Source: an uncultured bacterium (lineage in GTDB: Bacteria; Babelota; Babeliae; Babelales; RVW-14). From it: DNA of 64,000 bases. Of the stretch, positions 1 through 10,235 are shown piece by piece. Position numbers and translations under genes: made by a program. Every line of letters begins with the position of its first letter. Position 1 is the first letter of the stretch. The notes under the pieces are model-generated. The model saw nothing but the letters and a program-made list of their open reading frames with translations, did no database searches and was not told the origin of the DNA. The stretch covers positions 15,359 through 79,358 of the forward strand of contig CAIKAH010000002.1 in NCBI GenBank assembly GCA_903825355.1, read 5' to 3'.

Positions 1-440
1 AGTGTTAGTAAGGAGAATTCATTCTCGTCAAAGCAGCTTTTAAGCAAGGTTTGATCCATGGTGTGAAATGCTATCGAAGTTTCTTCAAAGTCAAATCCGT
101 CCCTAGGCGGATTGTAGTATTTCTGCGCATATGCAATAGCTTCAGGGCAGGGGTCTATGCCCTGCATATTGAATCCTTTATCTACAAAATATTTAACCGT
201 ACCACCAAGGCCACAGCCAATATCCAGGGCCGATTTTTTTTTGATGTTTTTGTCCAGCTTCAAGAGATCGTTTATGATTATGTTGAGACTGTTTGCATCG
301 CCTACATGATCATAATACCCCCCGCGTAGTACCTCATAGAGAGAATGTAATCCATCAGCGGCTTGTAAAGAAAAGGACAACAAACTGCTAAAAAATACAT
401 GCTTAGCAAGAGTGCTTATGTATGGGGGCTGTGTTGACAT
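1..440 (-). CDS. Class I SAM-dependent methyltransferase, runs off window edge (3' part missing); paralog of 758..1597
   Basis: Not in ORF track; manually translated from ATG at 440 with AAGGAG RBS at 445-450: MSTQPPYISTLAKHVFFSSLLSFSLQAADGLHSLYEVLRGGYYDHVGDANS...SALDIGCGLGGTVKYF, containing motif I DIGCGxG. Confidence 0.85.
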   Translation of the reverse strand, partial: MSTQPPYISTLAKHVFFSSLLSFSLQAADGLHSLYEVLRGGYYDHVGDANSLNIIINDLLKLDKNIKKKSALDIGCGLGGTVKYFVDKGFNMQGIDPCPEAIAYAQKYYNPPRDGFDFEETSIAFHTMDQTLLKSCFDENEFSLLT

Positions 441-717
441 ACGACTCCTTAATTAGGTAGAGAAACGTTATGCATCGCGCTATTGTAGCATTCTACTATG
501 CCCGAAGAATAAGGATACGTTATCTAGGCCATTTATTGTATCTGAGATGTCTTTTCCACTACAGTAGTGAAAAAGACATTAGAAAATCAAGCGTTTTTAG
601 GAGAAGGTAGCATGAGATTAAGTAATCACTGGTGGTGTGTGGCAACATGGGTAGTTTCAGTAGCGCTAGCGTGTGTGTTCACCATACTATGGATCCATGG
701 ATGGCAATAGCTGAGAG

Positions 718-748
718 ATGCAAGAGGCGGGACAACCGCCTCTTGCAT
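718..748. terminator. 13-bp stem hairpin just downstream of methyltransferase 758..1597
   Basis: ATGCAAGAGGCGG-gacaa-CCGCCTCTTGCAT; no clear U-tract. Confidence 0.5.
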
Positions 749-757
749 GAAGGTGTT

Positions 758-1597
758 TTATAATTTTGCACGAGGCGCCGCTATTTTTTTGACGCAATAA
801 AATACAGCCCCGCCTAGCACATCGCGCTGCAATAGGTGTAAGATCTGCGAAAATGTTTTTTCTACCGTTGCTACAACGGTGGGACTACTTACTGTTTCCC
901 AGTAACTGCGTTGTTCATCTATTTTTGCTAAAAGCGCTTGATAGGAAGTAATAAAATAGCTCGTTAAATCATCCTGCTCAACAAGCTGCCATCCTATCTC
1001 ATCTAAGGTGTGTGTAAAAACGGCAGGTACCAAGGGGTGCATAGGTTGTTTGGCAAAATCGACTAAACCATGAGGCTGTGTGGTGTCACGATGAGTATAA
1101 TCAAATACAACAAGCACGCTGCCTGGAGCGGCGATGGTGTGCAATGCTTTTAACAGAGCTTGCTTATCTTTGATGGCGTACGCAACATTAAATAGGGTGA
1201 TAAGGCCAAAAAAATCTGCTCTTAAGTATTTATCTACGGCACGTGCATCAATATCTGCAAATGAGCATGAAGGGTGATGTTTTTTTGCATAGGTAAGTGC
1301 GCTCCTATCATGGTCAATCCCTAATGTCTTAAAGCCTTTTTGTGTAAGTATTTCCGCAGTGCCACCAAAACCGCAGCCGATGTCCACAGCAGGTAATTTT
1401 TGTAGCTGATTATTAATGGCAAGAGCTTTTTTTATAACCATATGTACGCTCTCTGCATCCCCAACGTGCGCATGGTCGCCACCACGCAGATGACTTAGTA
1501 ACATGCGTTGCGGATTGGGAGCCTCAACAGGGATAGTGGCTGAGTTGATGACGAGAGGGAAGTAGAGCAGTTTTAAAAGGCTTACAGCCGGGTTCAT
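758..1597 (-). CDS. Class I SAM-dependent methyltransferase with N-terminal hydrophobic leader
   Basis: AVDIGCGFGG motif I, GIDHD motif II, LITLFNVAY, PGSVLVVFDY. Confidence 0.85.
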   Translation of the reverse strand: MNPAVSLLKLLYFPLVINSATIPVEAPNPQRMLLSHLRGGDHAHVGDAESVHMVIKKALAINNQLQKLPAVDIGCGFGGTAEILTQKGFKTLGIDHDRSALTYAKKHHPSCSFADIDARAVDKYLRADFFGLITLFNVAYAIKDKQALLKALHTIAAPGSVLVVFDYTHRDTTQPHGLVDFAKQPMHPLVPAVFTHTLDEIGWQLVEQDDLTSYFITSYQALLAKIDEQRSYWETVSSPTVVATVEKTFSQILHLLQRDVLGGAVFYCVKKIAAPRAKL

Positions 1598-1617
1598 GAT
1601 GCTCTCCGTAGATCTAT

Positions 1618-2160
1618 TTAACTGTTTTTACTACTGATTGGTTCTAATGCCTTGTGTAGGGCTTGCAAGACAGTATTGGTATGGGTAGTTACATCGACAT
1701 TGTTTAGTATCGATCGCACAACTCCTTTTTTATCGATGATTACTGTTTTGCGCTTTGGCATGGACCAAAACCAGTATGACCACCAAGGGTCGGCTTGGTA
1801 AAGATGAGCTACGCTTTTCTTACTGTCACTAAGCAAGGTGAAGGGGAGGTGGTATTTCTCTTTAAATGCTTGATGTGATTTAGTGTCATTGTAGTTGATG
1901 CCGACAACTCTTGCTCCTAATTGTGCAAATTCACTGTAACTATCACGCAAACTACATGCTTGTTTTGTGCATCCTGGCGTATCATCCGCTGGATAAAAAT
2001 AGAGTACTACTATCTGCCCTTGATGCTTGCTGAGTTGCCATGGCACTCCTGTGTCGTCGATCAATGTAAAATCGGGAGCTGCGCTCCCGACAGCGATTGC
2101 TTGTAGTGAGATGTTCATGGTGAGGATTCCTAGCGTTAGAGGCAAAAAGAATTTGAGCAC
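1618..2160 (-). CDS. bcp: Peroxiredoxin, BCP/PrxQ family
   Basis: VVLYFYPADDTPGCTKQACSLRD peroxidatic Cys motif with resolving Cys; APDFTL. Confidence 0.9.
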   Translation of the reverse strand: MLKFFLPLTLGILTMNISLQAIAVGSAAPDFTLIDDTGVPWQLSKHQGQIVVLYFYPADDTPGCTKQACSLRDSYSEFAQLGARVVGINYNDTKSHQAFKEKYHLPFTLLSDSKKSVAHLYQADPWWSYWFWSMPKRKTVIIDKKGVVRSILNNVDVTTHTNTVLQALHKALEPISSKNS

Positions 2161-2813
2161 GATATCCCCTGGCTGCTGAGGTGATAGAGTTTTTTGATTG
2201 TTTTTTGTTGAATGATGGAGGGCAATTCATTACCAATTAGTATATCAAGCTTGTCGCCACACATGGCAATAACATGTTGGTACGCAGCCATGATGGCTTG
2301 TTTGCTGCAAAGTAAGGACGGTTGTGTCATTACATCATCAAGTGCAGTGATAATCAAATCAGCCAGTTCTGCGTGTAGCATCGTAAGTTTTTTTGTACGA
2401 TATGGTTGGTACACGGGGTAACTGACCGTTTTACATCGAGGAAAGCGGGAGGCCATAAAATTCCAGTTCTCCCCTCCAAAATAAGCGCCGTTCCGAAAAT
2501 CGGTGCGTACAATGACAGAAGGAATATCAAGCATTTTAGCAATTATAAATTCAACTGCTGTGCCAGAGTCGATATCAGTGCCATCGAAATTGAAGAGCGC
2601 TATATCTGCTCGAATGATTGCTGCTAAGCACTGGTTTCTACCATCAGAAGCATTGTTGGCTGGTGGTAATTGTTGAGGGAGGTTACATTGGTATTTGTTA
2701 TGTGATTGTCGTTCGATTGCTTCAGCTAAAAGCTGATTGCCGGCTAGGTGTTTGTGGTCAAAGACATCGCCAGCAAAATAAATTGAAAGCATTCCCTTCA
2801 CTTTCGAATACAT
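2136..2813 (-). CDS. Nucleoside 2-deoxyribosyltransferase family protein
   Basis: IYFAG N-terminal motif, ADIALFNFDGTDIDSGTAVEF. Confidence 0.75.
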   Translation of the reverse strand: MYSKVKGMLSIYFAGDVFDHKHLAGNQLLAEAIERQSHNKYQCNLPQQLPPANNASDGRNQCLAAIIRADIALFNFDGTDIDSGTAVEFIIAKMLDIPSVIVRTDFRNGAYFGGENWNFMASRFPRCKTVSYPVYQPYRTKKLTMLHAELADLIITALDDVMTQPSLLCSKQAIMAAYQHVIAMCGDKLDILIGNELPSIIQQKTIKKLYHLSSQGISCSNSFCL

Positions 2814-2878
2814 GAGAGTAGATAAAGATACTGACTACTTGTACAATGAAAGATACTGTCTGTAAAGCGGTTTAGTAC

Positions 2879-3877
2879 ATGAAAAAAGGATGTATGGTGT
2901 TTCATAAAATTACGATGCTGGTGTTGGTTGTTGTTGCTTCAGCAAATATGCGCCTGCAAGCGTACAAAAAAGTTTATTTATCCCCAGGTACTTATGGGGA
3001 TGCCTCTAAAGGATGGCTTGGTAAGGCTGCTCAAGCATTATTGCAGATGGGGTATTCGTTGCATCCTCATAAAAAACTAAAGAATCTTAAAAAACCAACG
3101 GCTGTGCTTTCATTTGAAATATCACCACGTAATTGTGTTCGCCTTGCTCGTGAACATACAAAAGCGGTAGTAATGCTGTTTGAGCCGCCTTCAGTGATTC
3201 CAGAAAATTATGATCCGCGCTACCATGCAGCATTTGAGCGTGTGTACACGTGGCGAGATGATCTTGTTGATAATAAAAAATATTTTAAGCTTTTTTATTT
3301 TGCTATGCGGCCAATGATACGCAATAGGGTTCCCTTTACAGCAAAAAAATTGTGTGTATTGGTTAATGCGAATAAGTCTTCTGGCTATCCCAGCGAACTG
3401 TATTCAGAGCGTAGAAGAGTTATCGATTTTTATCAGCAGTATCATCCTGCTGAATTTGATTTGTATGGTGCTGGATGGGATAGGAGCCGGTACTCAGTGC
3501 ATAAAGGTGGCTTAGAGGATAAAGTTATCGCTTTGAATGGCTATAAATTTTGTATTTGCTATGAAAATATTGCCGATCAGCTAGGTTACATTACCGAAAA
3601 GATCTTTGACTGTTTTGCTGCAGGATGCGTGCCCATTTATTGGGGGGCCCCAAATGTGACTGATTATATTCCTAAAAACTGCTTCATAGACCGACGTGAT
3701 TTTGGCAGTGATGCAGCTGTGTATGAACATATCAAAAGCATGCCCGAGGCGGTGTTCAATGAGTATATTGCTAACATCAAGGCATTTTTGGCAAGTCCTC
3801 AAGCTCAGCTATTTGCAGAAGAAAATTACGTGCCCTTCTTTGTTTCAGTAGTGCGTGAGGCAGAAAAGTTATTCTAA
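2879..3877 (+). CDS. Glycosyltransferase family 10 (alpha-1,3-fucosyltransferase-like)
   Basis: YKFCICYENIADQLGYITEKIFDCFAAGCVPIYWG is the GT10 signature; hydrophobic N-terminus. Confidence 0.9.
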   Translation: MKKGCMVFHKITMLVLVVVASANMRLQAYKKVYLSPGTYGDASKGWLGKAAQALLQMGYSLHPHKKLKNLKKPTAVLSFEISPRNCVRLAREHTKAVVMLFEPPSVIPENYDPRYHAAFERVYTWRDDLVDNKKYFKLFYFAMRPMIRNRVPFTAKKLCVLVNANKSSGYPSELYSERRRVIDFYQQYHPAEFDLYGAGWDRSRYSVHKGGLEDKVIALNGYKFCICYENIADQLGYITEKIFDCFAAGCVPIYWGAPNVTDYIPKNCFIDRRDFGSDAAVYEHIKSMPEAVFNEYIANIKAFLASPQAQLFAEENYVPFFVSVVREAEKLF

Positions 3878-4530
3878 CGCGCTGGGGGCGTTGTTTCATC
3901 AAGCAATCTGATTTCGATGCGCTCAATGCCTTTGCCTGGTCGCTCGCGTTTGAGTTTTACATAACCAACTTCACCAGTGGTGTCGACGTGCGTGCCGCCG
4001 CAGGGCACTTTGGCAAAGCCTGCAATTTTCCAATAGCGACGTTGATTTTCAACATCATCCCACCCTTTTTCAATGGGATAGTTGTTTTTAATAATATCGT
4101 TGTAAATGGCTAAAATAGCATCAAAGTGCTGGCTGATGTTTTCATCACACTTAAAATCAATGCGTGATTTGTGCTGCGCAATATGAGCCCCCACTTTTTC
4201 GAGGTGGAAGTTTTGGTACACAATTTCCAAAATAATTTCTGCGGCAAAGTGCAGACGCATGAGTTTATTGCGTCGTGGCCAGTCTATGACCATAGTGACG
4301 GGGCTGTTTACCGTAAGCCCGTGATCTTCGGGAAGGGTGTAGTAGATGAGATTACCTTCGCGCCGTGAGTTAAGAATGGGGATATTGTTGACTGTTGCTT
4401 TATCACTTTCCTGCCCACCGGCAAATGAGTACGTAATAGTTTCGTTAAAAACAAGTTCCGGCCCGCTGACCGCTGCTACGGTGGTTTGCAGTGTGTGCTG
4501 ATAGGGGTTATCCCAAAATATTTTTTTCAT
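3874..4530 (-). CDS. Free-standing alanyl-tRNA editing protein (AlaX/AlaXp)
   Basis: GGQESD, RLHFAAEI (HxxxH variant with second His replaced) and CGGTHV zinc-site motifs of the tRNA_SAD domain. Confidence 0.8.
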   Translation of the reverse strand: MKKIFWDNPYQHTLQTTVAAVSGPELVFNETITYSFAGGQESDKATVNNIPILNSRREGNLIYYTLPEDHGLTVNSPVTMVIDWPRRNKLMRLHFAAEIILEIVYQNFHLEKVGAHIAQHKSRIDFKCDENISQHFDAILAIYNDIIKNNYPIEKGWDDVENQRRYWKIAGFAKVPCGGTHVDTTGEVGYVKLKRERPGKGIERIEIRLLDETTPPAR

Positions 4531-4556
4531 GGTGTTTCTCGTAGTTATGATAGGGC

Positions 4557-5702
4557 CTATCCATTGAGCGTTTTCATCACTGTACTAATCGCATGTAGCT
4601 CGCTACTGATCATCTCTTTGACCAATTCATTGAAGGTAGTCTTTGGTTGCCATCCAAGCAGTGTGCGTGCCTTAGTGGCATCACCAAGCAAAAGGTCAAC
4701 TTCGGTAGGTCTAAAATATTTTGGATCCACTTTGACCACTGCTTTACCGGTTGCTTGATCAATCGCTACTTCGTTAAGCCCTTCTCCTTGCCAGACAAGA
4801 GCAATACCAACTTCTTGGAAAGCTTGTGTCACAAATTCTTGTACGGTGTGTGTTTCTCCCGTGGCAATAACAAAGTCTTCGGGTTTTTCTTGTTGTAGCA
4901 TAAGCCACATAGCTTCGACATAATCACGAGCATGGCCCCAATCTCGTTTTGCATGGAGATTGCCAAGGTATAATACATCTTGAAGCCCGTACTTAATCCG
5001 TGCAACGGCGTGCGTGATTTTTTTGGTTACAAACGTTTCGCCGCGGATAGGTGATTCGTGGTTGAACAAGATGCCGTTGCAGGCAAAGATATTGTATGCT
5101 TCCCGGTAATTTTTGGTAATCCAATACCCATACAGTTTTGCTACGGCATAAGGCGAGCGGGGATAGAAGGGAGTTGTTTCTTTTTGTGGCGTTTCTTGGA
5201 CTTTACCAAAGAGTTCACTGGTAGATGCCTGGTAAAATTTTGTTTTATTTACTAATCCAAGTGACCGAATCCCTTCGATAATATTGAGCGTACCAATACC
5301 GTCGACTTGCGCTGTATATGAAGGTAATTCAAAAGAGACTTGAACGTGACTTTGTGCAGCAAGATTATATACTTCGTGAGGCTGTATTTTTTGCAGTAGA
5401 GCCATCATATTGCTTGCATCGGTTATATCTCCGTAGTGGAGTATAAAGCGAGAATTAGTTTTTGTGTGCAAATCTTTGTATAAATGATCAATCCGGCTTG
5501 TATTTAATGAAGAAGAGCGTCTTTTTATTCCATGTACCACATATCCTTTGTTCAGCAAAAATTCTGATAAGTAAGCGCCGTCTTGTCCGGTAACACCTAC
5601 AATAAGAGCAGTTTTTTGCTCATGATTAATGCTAAATGAATGTGGCGATAGCGTGCATCCGATAAAAAATAGTAAAAAAATAATCCTTTTACGACAGCTC
5701 AT
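4557..5702 (-). CDS. gmd: GDP-mannose 4,6-dehydratase with signal-peptide-like N-terminal extension
   Basis: [49 protein letters not shown]; start placed at ATG 5702 with GAGGAG RBS. Confidence 0.95.
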   Translation of the reverse strand: MSCRKRIIFLLFFIGCTLSPHSFSINHEQKTALIVGVTGQDGAYLSEFLLNKGYVVHGIKRRSSSLNTSRIDHLYKDLHTKTNSRFILHYGDITDASNMMALLQKIQPHEVYNLAAQSHVQVSFELPSYTAQVDGIGTLNIIEGIRSLGLVNKTKFYQASTSELFGKVQETPQKETTPFYPRSPYAVAKLYGYWITKNYREAYNIFACNGILFNHESPIRGETFVTKKITHAVARIKYGLQDVLYLGNLHAKRDWGHARDYVEAMWLMLQQEKPEDFVIATGETHTVQEFVTQAFQEVGIALVWQGEGLNEVAIDQATGKAVVKVDPKYFRPTEVDLLLGDATKARTLLGWQPKTTFNELVKEMISSELHAISTVMKTLNG

Positions 5703-5835
5703 TCCTACTCCTCTTATGGTCAAAAAACAGTGATTTTCTATAATAGTCCTTCTGCTGCTCAAGAGCAATAGCATCTGCAGGGGGAATCAAAAAAATACAC
5801 AATACTACAAAAAAATGGTATCGTAGCAAGGTCTT

Positions 5836-8250
5836 TTGGACGAACAGATCAAACTTTTGCTTAAGGGTGCCACTACCGTGAATCACGAACTATATGAAAT
5901 GTTGCGTGGGCTTTCTGCCAGCACCATCAGTGCACTTACTACTACAGCCTCTTTTCAGCGTGGCCGCCGTTATCAGGAAGAAGGGCGCGTTGTCTCCATG
6001 ACCTGGGATACGGATGAGACAGCCGGCCGCCTTATTGCAAAAGTACGCGGCACCAAAACGTATCGGGTAATTATTTATTTGTACGATGGCGAGCTTATGG
6101 CACGTTGCAGTTGCCCTGCCTGGGAGCCAGACTTGAACTGTAAGCACGTAATCGCTGTTCTGCTTACTGCGCGAGAAACACTGGATGAACCAGTCGCTGT
6201 ACCAGTTCCTCCCCCTGTCTGCCATGGCACCATTATTAGAGAAGACGGCGAGTTAATGGTTGCGCTTGCCGATACGTTGTATTTGAATGCATTTAAGACA
6301 GTAATGGAAACCTTTAAAAGTCCATTTGTTGATGGTAGAACAGCAATGGTTCGTGTGCCGTATGCGGAATTTTATGAAAAATTACCTGAATTTACCAAGC
6401 GCTTACAGGCTGATGGAATAGAATTGCAAGTAAATGGTAAGCGACCAGAACCAATGAAGCTGGATGTTTCTATTGATACTGCTCAAGGATCTCGTTCTGA
6501 TTGGTTTGAGCTTGCTCCCCATATTGTTGCTGATGGCATTGAACTTACCGATGAACAGCGGGATGAGTTATTTTCTCGTGCCGATGTATTTGTTGAAACG
6601 AATGATACGATAAAACTACTGGATCCTCAAGCGCAGGCAATACTTGATCTGCTTGCTAAAATGTTTAGTGTAAGTGGCCGCGGAATGACGCTGATTCAAA
6701 AGCCCGGGATTGTAGAGATGCCACGCTTGCGGATGCTTGATCTGATTGGCTTGCGTCAGTGTGGTGGCAAGGTAACGCTTTCTGAAGAAGATGAACAGCT
6801 GATCAAAGGTCTTACTGATTTTAAGGCTATAGCAAAAGTACAAATGCCAGAGCATTTTGTTGGTAAGTTACGATCGTACCAGCATGAAGGGTACCAGTGG
6901 CTTGCCTTTTTGTATTCGCATCGCTTTGGGGCTTGCTTAGCAGATGATATGGGGCTTGGTAAAACAGTACAAGTAATTGCTTTTTTGGGTGGCATTGCAG
7001 AAGGTATTATTCCGAATCGCAGCAAAAAAAATGATCCGCATCTTATTGTGCTGCCGCCAACCTTAGTATTTAATTGGCAACGAGAGCTGCAGACATTTTA
7101 TCCCTCCCTCCGTGTGTTGGAGTATACCAGTGCAAAGAAAAATAAAAGCACCAACCTTGCTGATTATGATGTGATATTGACAACGTATGACCGTGTGCGA
7201 TTGGATATTGAATTTTTACAACAACAGCAGTTTCATGTGCTTATTTTAGATGAAGCACAGGCTATTAAAAATATGCAAACGGGTAGGACTGCCGCCATTC
7301 GCCAGCTCAATAGCTTATTTACTATTGCTGTTACAGGAACGCCGTTAGAAAACCATTTAGGTGAATATTATTCGATTATCGATGTTGCAGTGCCAGGACT
7401 TCTTCCTGACTATAAAGAATTTATGCGAGCGGTTCAGAGCCAAGATGTTGACGATCTTATTAAAAAAACGCGCCCCTTTGTGCTGCGGCGGACTAAAGAC
7501 AAAATATTAAAAGACTTACCGGCAAAAGTAGAATCAAATGTACTGTTGAACATGGCTCCTGATCAGCAAAAATTATATGCTACCACTGCTGCTCAGGTGA
7601 AACGTTTGATTGATGACGCCTATATACTTAAAACAAGTGCACAGGCAAATGTAATTGCGCTCACAGCCATTATGCGGTTGCGGCAGTTGTGTATTTCTCC
7701 GCAAATGATTGATCCGACCTTGCCGGCCTCATCCCCAAAAATTGAATATTTAACGAGTAATTTGCGTGATATCGTCCAAGAAGGAAATGCGGCGTTAGTC
7801 TTTTCGCAATTTACTTCTTGCCTCGACTTAATTGAGACGGCGCTAAAAAAAGAGCAGCTTGCATATTATCGTATTGACGGTAGTACCAAAATAGCTGAAC
7901 GAAAAAAAATAGTTGCAGCGTTTCAAGGCGAAGAGCCGGGGACTGCTATTTTATTGCTGAGTTTAAAAACAGGTGGGGTTGGTCTCAATTTAACACGCGC
8001 AAACTATGTCTTTCATGTAGACCCATGGTGGAACCCAGCTGTAGAGCATCAGGCTTCTGATCGATCACATCGTATTGGCCAAAAGCAAAAAGTGTTTGTA
8101 ACACGCTTAGTAATGCACCATACGATTGAAGAAAAAATGATGGCACTTAAGGCTACCAAGCAAAAGCTTTTTACTGAAGTAATGGAACAAGCAGGCACTA
8201 AGACAAAGAGCTTGATTACTAAGCACGATTTGGACATGCTTTTTAGCTGA
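5836..8250 (+). CDS. SNF2-family helicase with N-terminal SWIM zinc finger
   Basis: CSCP...CKHVIA (SWIM); LADDMGLGKT, DEAQ, TGTPLEN, LVFSQF, QASDRSHRIGQ. Confidence 0.95.
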   Translation: MDEQIKLLLKGATTVNHELYEMLRGLSASTISALTTTASFQRGRRYQEEGRVVSMTWDTDETAGRLIAKVRGTKTYRVIIYLYDGELMARCSCPAWEPDLNCKHVIAVLLTARETLDEPVAVPVPPPVCHGTIIREDGELMVALADTLYLNAFKTVMETFKSPFVDGRTAMVRVPYAEFYEKLPEFTKRLQADGIELQVNGKRPEPMKLDVSIDTAQGSRSDWFELAPHIVADGIELTDEQRDELFSRADVFVETNDTIKLLDPQAQAILDLLAKMFSVSGRGMTLIQKPGIVEMPRLRMLDLIGLRQCGGKVTLSEEDEQLIKGLTDFKAIAKVQMPEHFVGKLRSYQHEGYQWLAFLYSHRFGACLADDMGLGKTVQVIAFLGGIAEGIIPNRSKKNDPHLIVLPPTLVFNWQRELQTFYPSLRVLEYTSAKKNKSTNLADYDVILTTYDRVRLDIEFLQQQQFHVLILDEAQAIKNMQTGRTAAIRQLNSLFTIAVTGTPLENHLGEYYSIIDVAVPGLLPDYKEFMRAVQSQDVDDLIKKTRPFVLRRTKDKILKDLPAKVESNVLLNMAPDQQKLYATTAAQVKRLIDDAYILKTSAQANVIALTAIMRLRQLCISPQMIDPTLPASSPKIEYLTSNLRDIVQEGNAALVFSQFTSCLDLIETALKKEQLAYYRIDGSTKIAERKKIVAAFQGEEPGTAILLLSLKTGGVGLNLTRANYVFHVDPWWNPAVEHQASDRSHRIGQKQKVFVTRLVMHHTIEEKMMALKATKQKLFTEVMEQAGTKTKSLITKHDLDMLFS

Positions 8251-8277
8251 AATAGTAATCTAAAGCTTAGGATTTTT

Positions 8278-9621
8278 ATGTTGTGTGCTAAAAATAGGGT
8301 GGTGGTTGTTATAGGTATTTTAGTATTTCTGTTGCTATCTCTTTGGCTGTATTTGCATGTGGGAGGGGTGCGCCCACATTGTGACGTCGATTCTATGGCG
8401 TACGTGGAGCGAGCGGCTTTTCTAACAACGACGGGTACTTTTTGCAATCCTCTTGCCCCTGCATTGCCGTACTACGGGCTGGGATACCCTTTGTTTCTAG
8501 CAACCATCAATTATTTTTTTGGTACTTCTTTTGTGTGGATAGTGTTGGCTCAACTTTTACTGACGCTTTTAAACTTTTTTATTATTTGTCATATAGCAAC
8601 TATGCTTTTTGGAACTAATACTCGTTATATTGCCTTTATACTCGCAACCACCAGCTTCGGCTATCTTATTTTTGCACAGTTTATTTTAACCGAGTTGCTG
8701 CTAGCAACATTGCTTACAGCATCGTTTTATTTTTTGCTACAGCCGCAACGTCTTTCTAGTGCTTGTTATGCGGGTTTATTGCTTGGCTTGTCGGTGCTAG
8801 TTAAGCCAGTAGCTTTATACTTTACTATTCCGTTGGTAGTTTTCTGGGGGGCTCTTTTTTGGCGCCATGCACTTGTTTTTGTACTTTGTTTTTGGCTGAT
8901 CCTGGGGGGATTGTTGCTCCATAATTATTATGTATTTGGTGCGCCACGGCTTGGCTCACTTGCTTCAATCAATTTGTGCTATTGGTTTTACCCGTATCTG
9001 CTTGCGCATGAAAAAGGTACTTTGGTTGAATATGAGCGAGCTGAGCTCTGTAGGCGGCAGCCGTACGTTAACCAAGTAATGCCTGAGCTAGTTGCAGCAG
9101 TAAAAGATCGGCCCTTGGTTGCTGCTTGGTATTGGTTTTTTAATATGTTTAAGACTGCTGTTGGTCTGTATGTTACTAATTTGAAAGTACTGATGGGCGG
9201 GGTACGTGGTGGCGATGTCTCTTTTTTTAAACAAACAGGCTCGATATGGCAAAAGATGTGGGGATATATAACCATGGGCACGACAGAGGCCTGGGTAGTA
9301 GGTGCAGCTGTTAGCGAGGCTGTTTTATTGGCTGGCCGGTATATGTTTGTATTGCTAGGACTGTATCGATTAGTCTTTGTTTTTAAAAAAACAAACAATC
9401 GTATCGAAGCCTATAAAAATGAATACGCATGGCAACTCTATCTTTGTGTTGCTTTTTTAGGGTACTTTCTTATGGTAACGGGGCATGACGGCTGTGCACG
9501 CTTTCGTATGATGATCGAGTTTTTGCTTATTGTATTGGCGGCTGGTGGGCTGAATCACTGTGTTAACTCTTTAGGGAGGAAACAAGTATGTGCACGCTTA
9601 AGATATTGGGGATCACCGTAA
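8278..9621 (+). CDS. Membrane GT-C fold glycosyltransferase (ArnT/PMT family 39-like)
   Basis: Multiple TM segments; DSMAY, GYPLFL, ILTELL, LSVLVKP motifs. Confidence 0.7.
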   Translation: MLCAKNRVVVVIGILVFLLLSLWLYLHVGGVRPHCDVDSMAYVERAAFLTTTGTFCNPLAPALPYYGLGYPLFLATINYFFGTSFVWIVLAQLLLTLLNFFIICHIATMLFGTNTRYIAFILATTSFGYLIFAQFILTELLLATLLTASFYFLLQPQRLSSACYAGLLLGLSVLVKPVALYFTIPLVVFWGALFWRHALVFVLCFWLILGGLLLHNYYVFGAPRLGSLASINLCYWFYPYLLAHEKGTLVEYERAELCRRQPYVNQVMPELVAAVKDRPLVAAWYWFFNMFKTAVGLYVTNLKVLMGGVRGGDVSFFKQTGSIWQKMWGYITMGTTEAWVVGAAVSEAVLLAGRYMFVLLGLYRLVFVFKKTNNRIEAYKNEYAWQLYLCVAFLGYFLMVTGHDGCARFRMMIEFLLIVLAAGGLNHCVNSLGRKQVCARLRYWGSP

Positions 9622-10193
9622 TACTGATGATACTGGTTCAAGCTATTAGTGCTTCTGATATTCCTAAAGCAACTACAGAGATTGCTCGTGTCGGGAAAAA
9701 GCGACGTCAACGTAAAAAAGCTAAGCCAGTTGCAGTTGTTGCTCAGCTTTCACCGACGGCTGTGCTTGATAGTTATGCTTCGCTCAGTCCGTCATTGCGG
9801 GGATTTTTAGAGGCCCAGATTACTTCTTGCAACAGGTATACTAAGCAATTGGGAGCAGAGCTGATTTATGAATTGCTTTCGTATAATGATCAAATTAATT
9901 CTCTTCCGCTGCAGAGATTAGTTTCATTGATTACTGTAATAGAGCTATGGGAATCTGATTTATTTGCATTTGCGCAACTGGAGAGCAATAAGAAGCATTT
10001 TTCCAAGCTTGAAACGCTTAGATTGTTTTGTAGTGGGCTGACTGAAGAAACATTTCCCGATCTTTCTGCTTTACCACTTACTAAGCTTGAATTATGGTGG
10101 TGTGATATTGCTCCTCCCAATCATAAATTACCAAAAACGCTACGACAAATTTTTGTTAATCAAAAAATATATCTAACGGTTGGTGAAGATTAA
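9588..10193 (+). CDS. Hypothetical secreted protein with basic patch and short C-terminal LRR-like segment
   Basis: Signal peptide ILVQAISA; KKRRQRKK; LETLRLFC...FPDLSALPLTKLELWWC. Confidence 0.6.
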   Translation: MCTLKILGITVILMILVQAISASDIPKATTEIARVGKKRRQRKKAKPVAVVAQLSPTAVLDSYASLSPSLRGFLEAQITSCNRYTKQLGAELIYELLSYNDQINSLPLQRLVSLITVIELWESDLFAFAQLESNKKHFSKLETLRLFCSGLTEETFPDLSALPLTKLELWWCDIAPPNHKLPKTLRQIFVNQKIYLTVGED

Positions 10194-10235
10194 TGATGTG
10201 GTAATCTTGATTTCTACTTTGCTGTAAGTTTTTAT

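Noticed and set aside
51-329. 92-aa plus-strand ORF
   Set aside because: Antisense shadow of the methyltransferase at 1..440 (-)
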